Part shown: positions 37,229 to 44,283 of the stretch, piece after piece
Position numbering within the stretch: position 1 is the stretch's first letter
Layout of the letters: every line of letters begins with the position of its first letter
Assembly: GCA_027002995.1 (NCBI GenBank)
Contig: JALWZB010000155.1
Coordinates: 26,365 to 90,364 of the forward strand
Source of the DNA: Desulfurococcales archaeon
GTDB taxonomy: Archaea > Thermoproteota > Thermoprotei_A > Sulfolobales > NBVN01
Direction of reading: 5' to 3'
Length of the DNA: 64,000 bases
The notes under the pieces: generated by a model
Databases searched by the model: none
Seen by the model: only the letters and a program-made list of their open reading frames with translations
What the model was told of the DNA's origin: nothing
Made by a program: the position numbers and the translations under genes

Positions 37229-38122
37229 CTACTGTAAGCACCTCATCCACTCTAAAACTTTCTTGCTTAACACGTAGAGCTCTTTTCTGGAGAACCATGG
37301 TATTCTTGACCTAGCTATCCTTAAGAAGGAGGCAGCAGTCCCTGCCGCGACCGCGTATTTAAGTTCGTGGTTATGCAGATGCAAGGCAATAATGCTTGAG
37401 AAGACATCCCCAGCACCTATATCATCCCCGTAGGCATGGTCAAGCGCGTTAGCTATACATAGACGCCCATCAGGGTATGCAACATAGATGGGCCCTTCAC
37501 CCATGGTCTGTACTGCTCGGGCTTTGCCGCCCTCAATACACCTAACTAGGGCTGGCCCCCTGCACTCCGGCGGGAACTCTGAAATCTCACCCCTTATCAC
37601 GATGTCTTCGTTGCGTAGCTTTCGAATTACTTCTCGACTCAAGTTATGGTCAATCCACACGCGTCCTTTAGAGTCAAACATACGTACTAAACCTTGAATA
37701 TCGACTATTACGTGTGGTATGTGTCTAGTGATTAGTATCACGTCATCAACCGTGATTTCCTGCGCCACTGGTGAAATTAGCGCTGATTTCACATCATCTA
37801 AGGCACCATTATCGATGACCTCATTTATTAGGTCTGAGAAGGCTTTAACCTCGCTACGCAATCTTAGGTCCCTCTCTCCGCTTTCTCCAGGTAGTGTTAT
37901 TTCGTATATAATGTCGAACTCGGGGTTTGGCGTTATTATAACGTGTCGTCCTCGTTTACCACATACTTTCCTTAAGAATGATGAATTTGTTAGTACTATT
38001 GTCTCAACGTCAATGTGTGATAGGGCTGTTAATGCGTAGTAGGCTGAACCACCTATTCTTAATTCACCGTTCACGTAATCCTTCGTTGTTCCGGCAACCA
38101 ATAATACCTTTTCCTCCTCCAT
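37229..38122 (-). CDS. PfkB/ribokinase-family carbohydrate kinase
   Basis: The C-terminal PfkB signature is DDIGAGDVFSSIIA. The ATG at 38122 (MEEEKVLLVAGT) lies 5 nt after the lhr stop, so the ORF-track start at 38158 is rejected. Confidence 0.7.
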   Translation of the reverse strand: MEEEKVLLVAGTTKDYVNGELRIGGSAYYALTALSHIDVETIVLTNSSFLRKVCGKRGRHVIITPNPEFDIIYEITLPGESGERDLRLRSEVKAFSDLINEVIDNGALDDVKSALISPVAQEITVDDVILITRHIPHVIVDIQGLVRMFDSKGRVWIDHNLSREVIRKLRNEDIVIRGEISEFPPECRGPALVRCIEGGKARAVQTMGEGPIYVAYPDGRLCIANALDHAYGDDIGAGDVFSSIIALHLHNHELKYAVAAGTAASFLRIARSRIPWFSRKELYVLSKKVLEWMRCLQ

Positions 38123-38126
38123 CTTC

Positions 38127-40718
38127 TCACCCCCGAACCTTGCGCATAACGGCTTCATAGAGGCGGAGGAGTAGTTTCTTACGATCCTCCATGAGTACCA
38201 CGTCGCTGTATCCCTGCGCGACTATGTTGTGTGCGAAGGGGGATGGTGCGTCGTAACTCCTGAATATGGTGACCCTTACCTTTCCCTCTTCTATCCACTT
38301 GAGTACCTTCTCAGCGTCACTTACGTTCATATGGTCTTCCATCACCTCCCTGTATGCTTCCTCTAATAATGGGAACCCGGGGATTTTCTCTACAATGCGT
38401 AAGAGAGTCTCGGAGTTAAGTTGCCTTCTATTAATATTGGTTTCCACACCCTTATAGTTTTTCAGTATTGCGAAGGATCTCTCCGCAACGTGTCTGAACC
38501 TTCTCTTAAGTATCTCGCTTCTTCGTAAGGCTTTCCTCAATATTAGTCGTAGGTTAGAGCTCCGCACGCTATTCAATAAGTCCCTCACATCATTTTCAGT
38601 TACGTGCGCGTAGCTCGGAACAGTTAACATAAAGCCATTGTCAGTTACGGTTACCCTTACGCTGGCTTCGACGATTCTACTCAACACCGCGGCATAGGCT
38701 CTAGATAGTGCTGCATTGACCCTCCTTCCAAAGAGGTAGTGGAAAATTACGTCAGTGCCATTTACCTGTGGGTCCTCCCATATCTCGATTGCTAACTCCT
38801 TATTCGTTGGCACTATTCCTCCAGTGTACTTCATCTGTTCCCATACGTAACTCACTATCTGAGCTGCGGCATGTTTCGTTAGCTTATACTGTTTTGAGAT
38901 AATGTTTACTGCTTCCTCGTAACTTAGCTTAGTGATTAGGTCCTTTACGTATCCCCGGAACCTACCTACTTCTAGGGCTGAGTCGAAGGATAGTGGGAGC
39001 ATCTCGGAAAACCAGCTTGGTACTGTGGGTCTCTGATTATCGGCTCGTTTCACTATTATTTTCATTCCCTCCGATCTCACGTACTGGTACGTTCTCCCTC
39101 CAAGCACGAAGATATCTCCGGGCTCCAGGTACTCGACGAATCCCTCATCTAGGTTCCCAACGTACCGGTGGCCATCTAGAAGCACCTTTATTTTGGCTTC
39201 GTCCGGTATCGCGCCTGAGTTCAAGTAGTATATCATCCTAGCCGACTTCTTCCTGCCGAAAACACCCTCGAGTTCGTCCAACCATATCTTAGAGTAGACA
39301 GCAAGCCCTGTGAATGAAGCTTCGTACCTGCCTGCAAGGAACCTTAGTACGCGCATGAACTCATCGAATGTTAAGTTCCTGAAATTAAACGATCTTCTCA
39401 CAACTCGGTAAGCGTCTCTTATGTTCCATTTCTTCTCGAGCGACATGCCCACTATGTGTTGGGCTAGCATGTCGAGAGGTTTCTCAGGGATCCTTATCCT
39501 GTCTAGCTTCCTCTCCATCGCGAGCTTAGCTAGCACCGTGTCTTCTATTAGGTCGTCTCTGTCCACCGCTATCACGTAGCCCTTACTTACGTCGCTTACG
39601 CTATGCCCTGACCTCCCCACGCGTTGAATTAAACGGGTGACGCTTTTGGGACTACTGAGTAGCACGACGGCGTCTATGTAGCCTATGTCAATGCCGAGTT
39701 CAAGGCTCGACGAACAAACTACTGCCTTCAGTTCACCTCGCTTGAGCCTGTCCTCAACCTCAAGCCTGACGTCCCTACTTAATGAACTGTGGTGCGCCTC
39801 TATGTCATCCGCGTTAGCAACGCCCTCACTACTTAGTATTTTCTTTAACTTATAGACTACCCTCTCTGTGGCGCTTCGTGTGTTCGTGAATATTAACGTT
39901 GTTCTGTGATTGCTAATTATCTTCTTGAGTAGGTCGTATATGGCCTCATTTATCTCTGCAGCGGATGCCCTCACAATATCTATTTTGGGACACAGTACCT
40001 TGACCCTTAAGGGTTTCACGAATCTTGCGTCGATAACCGTGCAGTTCCTAGGCTTTCCGTTATCCTCGTAACCCACGAGAAACTGTGCAACGACCTCGAG
40101 GGGCGATATCGTTGCGCTTAGGCCTATTCTCTGTATCCTCCTCCCAACTAGTTCCTCGAGCCTCTCAAGGCTTAGGCTTAAGTGAGCGCCTCTCTTACTG
40201 GACGCTAGCTCATGGATCTCATCTACTATTACCCACCTAACGCTCCTGAGCCTCTCTCTGAACTTGGGAGCTGTTATTATTATTGCTAGTGATTCAGGCG
40301 TAGTTATGAGTACGTGGGGAGGGTGACGCAACATCCTTTGCCGTTCTGAGGGCGTGGTGTCGCTTGTCCTGACACCCACACTTATTTCAGGTAACTCTAT
40401 CCCTAGTTCCTTTGCCTTCTCCCGGATCCCTAGTATCGGTGGTATTAGGTTCTTCCTCATATCATTGTTCAGCGCTCTCAAAGGGGAGACATAGAGAACG
40501 TATACTTTCTCCTCGAGCTTACCCTGCTCACCCAGCCTGTACAACTCATCGATTAGCGCGAGAAAAGCAGCGAGCGTTTTCCCCGTACCTGTAGGTGATG
40601 ATATTAGTACATTCTCACCCCTCTTGATTCTAGGTATGGCCATTAGCTGCGCTGGTGTGAACTTACCGTACTTCTCCCTAAACCATTCAAGGGTGTACCT
40701 AGCTAGGTACTTCTCCAT
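38127..40718 (-). CDS. lhr: Lhr-type large ATP-dependent helicase (SF2, DEAD_assoc C-terminal domain)
   Basis: The opening is FTPAQLMAIPRIKRGENVLISSPTGTGKTLAAFL, followed by VDEIHEL, LSATI and QRVGRSGH, with a long Lhr-core C-terminal region. The ATG at 40718 gives MEKYLARYTLEWF. Confidence 0.85.
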   Translation of the reverse strand: MEKYLARYTLEWFREKYGKFTPAQLMAIPRIKRGENVLISSPTGTGKTLAAFLALIDELYRLGEQGKLEEKVYVLYVSPLRALNNDMRKNLIPPILGIREKAKELGIELPEISVGVRTSDTTPSERQRMLRHPPHVLITTPESLAIIITAPKFRERLRSVRWVIVDEIHELASSKRGAHLSLSLERLEELVGRRIQRIGLSATISPLEVVAQFLVGYEDNGKPRNCTVIDARFVKPLRVKVLCPKIDIVRASAAEINEAIYDLLKKIISNHRTTLIFTNTRSATERVVYKLKKILSSEGVANADDIEAHHSSLSRDVRLEVEDRLKRGELKAVVCSSSLELGIDIGYIDAVVLLSSPKSVTRLIQRVGRSGHSVSDVSKGYVIAVDRDDLIEDTVLAKLAMERKLDRIRIPEKPLDMLAQHIVGMSLEKKWNIRDAYRVVRRSFNFRNLTFDEFMRVLRFLAGRYEASFTGLAVYSKIWLDELEGVFGRKKSARMIYYLNSGAIPDEAKIKVLLDGHRYVGNLDEGFVEYLEPGDIFVLGGRTYQYVRSEGMKIIVKRADNQRPTVPSWFSEMLPLSFDSALEVGRFRGYVKDLITKLSYEEAVNIISKQYKLTKHAAAQIVSYVWEQMKYTGGIVPTNKELAIEIWEDPQVNGTDVIFHYLFGRRVNAALSRAYAAVLSRIVEASVRVTVTDNGFMLTVPSYAHVTENDVRDLLNSVRSSNLRLILRKALRRSEILKRRFRHVAERSFAILKNYKGVETNINRRQLNSETLLRIVEKIPGFPLLEEAYREVMEDHMNVSDAEKVLKWIEEGKVRVTIFRSYDAPSPFAHNIVAQGYSDVVLMEDRKKLLLRLYEAVMRKVRG

Positions 40719-40899
40719 CCTAACACTTCCAGCTCTCCGAATTACTCGTAGCATCCACCATCACCTCGCTGGCGATTAACTCAATGCTGTTTAGGCCCGG
40801 GGCTCCAGAGCTACGTATGTCTTTACTCCTGAACTTATCTTCGTTTCCTAAACGTAACCCTATATAGGGCAAGAACTATCTATACGTAGGGTTTCATCA

Positions 40900-41466
40900 T
40901 TGAAGGTCGAGGCAATAGTGGTGCTGACGGTGTTTGTACTCGCTATACTTTACGGTGCTTTACTACCACCTGATTACAAATCGAGCGTAACCTCCTCCAC
41001 GAAAGAGGTGCTGGCACCTGTATCTGATTTCGTTAAGAAGAACCCCATTAAGACATTCCTTTCGTTGCCGTTCATTATATTTTATAATAACTTGAGGGTA
41101 GCAATAGTTAATCTATTACTCGGTGTTACTCTACTAGCCCCCTTGGGGATAGCTTGGTTTAATGGATTCATAGTAGGGTCCATAGCAACTTATGGTGATG
41201 TCACTAGGAATATTATATTGCTACTACCACACGGCATAATTGAGCTAACGGCAATACTGTATTCAGCTGCTCTAGGTTTGAAAGTAGGTGTTGAGTTCAT
41301 AAAGAAGGTTCTACTTAAGAGAGGTGCGCCCCTTAAGGCATTTAAGTATGCCCTAAGTAAATTCAGAATAATATTCATCCTCCTGTTGATCGCGGCAATT
41401 GTGGAATCATACATTACCCCATTAATATATTTTCTATACGCTTTAATCACGGGTAGCAAGATATGA
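40900..41466 (+). CDS. SpoIIM/DUF95-family integral membrane protein
   Basis: 188 aa with a TTG start and several TM helices. It contains the family motif LLLPHGIIELTAILYSAALG. Confidence 0.6.
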   Translation: MKVEAIVVLTVFVLAILYGALLPPDYKSSVTSSTKEVLAPVSDFVKKNPIKTFLSLPFIIFYNNLRVAIVNLLLGVTLLAPLGIAWFNGFIVGSIATYGDVTRNIILLLPHGIIELTAILYSAALGLKVGVEFIKKVLLKRGAPLKAFKYALSKFRIIFILLLIAAIVESYITPLIYFLYALITGSKI

Positions 41467-41593
41467 GTAGTGAGCTATGCAGAAGGGCAACACAAGCATT
41501 CATTGACGCGCTACTCTGCTACCTACGGTCAAATGCCTTACGCACCCTTAAGATAGCGTTCTCCGTCTACCGTTATTTCTAGTTATTTTTTGA

Positions 41594-41604
41594 ATATTTT
41601 TAAT
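41594..41604 (+). promoter_or_regulatory. TATA-like box (ATATTTTTAAT) upstream of the GC-rich block
   Basis: This AT-only box lies ~20-30 nt before the abrupt rise in G+C at 41611. It is also part of the left inverted-repeat arm. Confidence 0.3.
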
Positions 41605-41610
41605 ACGGTA

Positions 41611-41712
41611 GGCGGGTCATCACGCTTCCGCTCGGAGCCCCTCACCGCAGTAGCTCACCCCTAGTTACCTAGGGGCTCACAGCTCTACGGCTCCTGGAAC
41701 TCCGAGGTCACT
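41611..41712 (+). ncRNA. Candidate structured RNA or transposon-end hairpin region (unclassified)
   Basis: A GC-rich island between AT-rich flanks. It has a perfect hairpin, CCCCTAG-TTAC-CTAGGGG (41658..41675), and long-range complementarity CTCGGAG/CTCCGAG (41631..41637 with 41700..41706). The strand assignment is a guess. Confidence 0.35.
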
Positions 41713-41731
41713 GATAAATTTATGGCATTCT

Positions 41732-41744
41732 AAGTTTATAAGTG
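41732..41744 (+). promoter_or_regulatory. TATA-like box (AAGTTTATAAGTG) for a leaderless TnpB-like mRNA
   Basis: It is centred ~24 nt upstream of the TTG start at 41762. Confidence 0.35.
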
Positions 41745-41761
41745 TTTATGGGGCTATAGCC

Positions 41762-42862
41762 TTGCAAAAACGACCATTATACACTGTTAAACTAACATTT
41801 AATGATAGTGGGGAGAAAGCTAAGAAGATATTGTCTACTGCATGGTTGTTTAAGATAGCTTGTCATAGGGTTCTAGGTAGGTCTAAGGATTTGAGGGACA
41901 TGCTTGTTCCTTCAAAGATTGCTTGGCTAAAGATGTTCAAGGACTATGCATATAGTATCATACCTAATAAGAGGTACTCCTATGGTGTTGTCTACCTAGT
42001 CTATGGAATATGGGAATCTGCTAAGAGACTAAAGATAGACTATAATAATGTAGAACTTAGCGACTGGTTGCTCTTTCAACATTATGATAGGGAGGTTAAT
42101 GGTAATGTGATAAGGGTTTATGAGGATGGTTCTGCACTAGTAACCACTTATGGCTATGATGGTTCAAAGGATAGGATACTCGTAAAGGCGAAACCTCATA
42201 GAGGTTATAAAGAGTTGCTTGGGAGGATTGTTGAGTCTAAGGAGAAGTACATGCCTAGAGTAGTGGTTAGGGACTATGGTGTAAGGAGTGGCAAACTCTA
42301 CGTTAGGGGAGAAATACACGTCTCTATATCATACGACTTCTACCTAAGATGTGCTAAGAGATATGGTGAACCCAAGGGCAACTTGATTGGCGGTGTAGAC
42401 GTTAATACCGACAGGATTAACCTAGCAATAATAGACGAAAACGGCAGGTTAAGGGATAGGAAAACATTCTGGTTCCCCGAAGTAACAGCTAGAGGGTACC
42501 CAAGGAATAAAGCCTGGGGCATCATAGGTATGAAAATACATGAAATGCTCAGGTACGCCTACTATCATGGAGTATCAACTTTAGCTTTAGAGAGCCCCGA
42601 GATTATGGGCAGGTTAAGGCTCTTCTGGATTAAAAATGGTAGAAGACTACATAAAGACTATAACTGGAAGGTAAGCATCTTCCGTAGCAGAATCATAGAG
42701 AAGGTAAACATGAAAGCACCTATCTATGGGCTACGCGTAAAGTACGTAGACCCAAGAGGGACAACTCGCTCCAGAGAACATAATGAAACAATGCAAAGAT
42801 ATGGATTAGACAAACATACAGTATCTGCTTACCTAATAGCATTAAAAAGTATTCAAAAGTGA
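41762..42862 (+). CDS. TnpB/IS605-OrfB-like RuvC-fold protein lacking the zinc ribbon
   Basis: 366 aa. The OrfB-like opening is YTVKLTF..KKILSTAWLFKIACHRVL. RuvC-I is GGVDVNTDRINLAIID (D213), RuvC-II is STLALESPE (E277), a YVDPRGTTRS segment replaces V.P.YTSQ.C, and RuvC-III-like is GLDKHTVSAYLIA (D350). There are no Cys pairs between these last two motifs. Confidence 0.7.
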   Translation: MQKRPLYTVKLTFNDSGEKAKKILSTAWLFKIACHRVLGRSKDLRDMLVPSKIAWLKMFKDYAYSIIPNKRYSYGVVYLVYGIWESAKRLKIDYNNVELSDWLLFQHYDREVNGNVIRVYEDGSALVTTYGYDGSKDRILVKAKPHRGYKELLGRIVESKEKYMPRVVVRDYGVRSGKLYVRGEIHVSISYDFYLRCAKRYGEPKGNLIGGVDVNTDRINLAIIDENGRLRDRKTFWFPEVTARGYPRNKAWGIIGMKIHEMLRYAYYHGVSTLALESPEIMGRLRLFWIKNGRRLHKDYNWKVSIFRSRIIEKVNMKAPIYGLRVKYVDPRGTTRSREHNETMQRYGLDKHTVSAYLIALKSIQK

Positions 42863-42890
42863 TTAAAAGTATCTTAAAGTATCAATACCT
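42841..42890. repeat. Four to five tandem 10-bp units with phased A-tracts
   Basis: The sequence reads ATTAAAAAGT / ATTCAAAAGT / GATTAAAAGT / ATCTTAAAGT / ATCAATACCT, in exact 10-bp register. The TGA stop of the TnpB-like ORF is at 42860..42862. Confidence 0.75.
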
Positions 42891-42922
42891 TAGAAACAAC
42901 CTCACTAACGGGCCAGAACGAA

Positions 42923-43168
42923 GTGAAGGTCTCGCTGAGGGCGTTCATGCGTTGCCATGACACGTCCTCAGGATTTGCTAGGATTGAGGAGGTGGTGAAC
43001 ACCTTGACTAGGTGTAGTGAGGGTTCCTGGATTCAAAGGCTTGGGTGGGGTTACATCTTCGAGGGGGAGGAGCTGTACTTCATAATCCCCCTAGAAAGCC
43101 TTAAGAAACTAACTGAGGCTGAGGAAAAAGAGCTTGCATCCGCCCTGCTGAGAGATCTGGGTTTCTGA
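42923..43168 (+). CDS. Hypothetical small protein (81 aa), doubtful
   Basis: It has a GTG start and no recognisable motif. The C-terminal half (EELYFIIPLESLKKLTEAEEKELASALLRDLGF) looks protein-like, but the ORF lies in the unassigned 3' flank of the TnpB-like gene. Confidence 0.3.
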   Translation: MKVSLRAFMRCHDTSSGFARIEEVVNTLTRCSEGSWIQRLGWGYIFEGEELYFIIPLESLKKLTEAEEKELASALLRDLGF

Positions 43169-43230
43169 CTAACGTGTAAGGAATTACTTTAAGTAAGCTA
43201 AGAGCAAAGAAAATGAATGAGTTAAAGCTG

Positions 43231-43280
43231 TTGATGAGAGTCATGCCCCCTGATCGGTGATGAGCATTAGGGGTAGCTGA
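43231..43280 (+). ncRNA. C/D box sRNA (2'-O-methylation guide)
   Basis: The layout is UUGAUGA (C), a 12-nt guide GAGUCAUGCCCC, CUGA (D'), UCG, GUGAUGA (C'), a 13-nt guide GCAUUAGGGGUAG and CUGA (D). All four boxes are consensus. Flanking AGCT (43226..43229) and AGCT (43284..43287) can form a terminal stem. Confidence 0.85.
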
Positions 43281-43457
43281 AGGAGCTCCATTACCCTAAC
43301 CTACTTCAATCCTCGGAAGCCCGGACCTTTATGAAACCCCCTAAGTCCTTGGGTAGTCCTTGCATGTAATGAGAGGAATGTTAGAAGGCTTGGTAAAAAT
43401 CAAAACATTAATAGGTAAAGCATCAGGAGGGAAGCCCTACTCTAAGTAGAGGATGCC

Positions 43458-44030
43458 TTACCTTAACTTCTTTCTAGCATCCCTCTTTATTGTTGGGATC
43501 GTTGTTACTATGGCGTAAACCCCTGCTTCCAGCAGTGTCGTGCAGATCGCCACATCGTTAACTAGTCGAGCAATAATGTTGATCTTACGTGCCTTAGACT
43601 CACTCAGTATTCTCCCCCTTACTAGGGTTGGGGGCATGACAATGAATTTCGCCCCTGCTCGTTGATAAGGGCTTAAGGTGGATGCCGGATGGTTAAGCAT
43701 TAGCCCTACCTTCACGGTGTTTGGTAGTTTAGGCTTACTGAGTAACATATCTTGCATATCGTTAAACGCTAATAATATCTCGGTGTTCCCCATCTCCACT
43801 AGCTTTACAACCCCGTTGATCTCCTCATCATACCTCTTAATACCAAGAATTAACATTACGCGGAGTTCCTTAAGGTGCTCAGGGCTTAGGGAAGCCCCTA
43901 ACTCTGACAGGTTTACTTCATTTAAGTTAACGGCAATACCATCCAAGTACCGCTTATTTAGTCTGAATTCCTTTAAGCCCTCCTCGATATTAGTTACTTC
44001 AAGAAGCACTAAACCTGAGTTATTACTCAT
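43458..44030 (-). CDS. Hypothetical protein, weak resemblance to the C-terminal half of GDPD-type TIM-barrel phosphodiesterases
   Basis: 190 aa. INIIARLVNDVAICTTLLEAGVYAIVTTIPTI resembles the GDPD C-terminal pattern (V..WTVN....L...GVDGIITD.P). The N-terminal catalytic His/Arg/Glu motif was not seen. Confidence 0.35.
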   Translation of the reverse strand: MSNNSGLVLLEVTNIEEGLKEFRLNKRYLDGIAVNLNEVNLSELGASLSPEHLKELRVMLILGIKRYDEEINGVVKLVEMGNTEILLAFNDMQDMLLSKPKLPNTVKVGLMLNHPASTLSPYQRAGAKFIVMPPTLVRGRILSESKARKINIIARLVNDVAICTTLLEAGVYAIVTTIPTIKRDARKKLR

Positions 44031-44283
44031 TACTTATCACCAACTTATTCAAGGTCTTAAAAGATATTAAGGTATCCGAAGGTGCTACTTGAGTTAGCTA
44101 GAACCAATAACCAAAGGGAAATAAGTCCTTGCTAAGCTCTTACCGTTATGTTGAACCTAATGATTCTTTGCTAAGCCAATTGCATAATGAAGCGTTAGTA
44201 ATTCTCATTATTCAGTACTTTGAGCTAGGGTTGGAAAGAATGTTTCGGGATTAAAAACTGTGGATTTTAACCTAGCCTTTTAT

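Larger units (their letters stand above)
41586..42862 (+). mobile_element. Possible compact TnpB-only insertion element (boundaries tentative)
   Basis: An imperfect inverted repeat joins 41586..41604 (TTTTTTGAATATTTTTAAT) and 42841..42859 (ATTAAAAAGTATTCAAAAG). It brackets the GC-rich block and the ORF. The unit is AT-rich relative to its neighbours, and no transposase partner gene is present. Confidence 0.35.

Noticed and set aside
43337-43356. A possible right-end hairpin (CCCTAAG..CTTGGG with a bulged T) resembling the upstream CCCCTAG-TTAC-CTAGGGG hairpin.
   Set aside because: The stem is only ~5 bp with a bulge once a viable loop is allowed, and the similarity rests on short words. I kept it as a caveat in the finding at 42863..43457, not as a feature.
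44129-44176. A 9-bp direct repeat, TTGCTAAGC, at 44129..44137 and 44168..44176 in the intergenic region between the GDPD-like and protease genes.
   Set aside because: It is a single short pair with about a 10 percent chance expectation in a region of this size. No further copies or dyad symmetry were seen.
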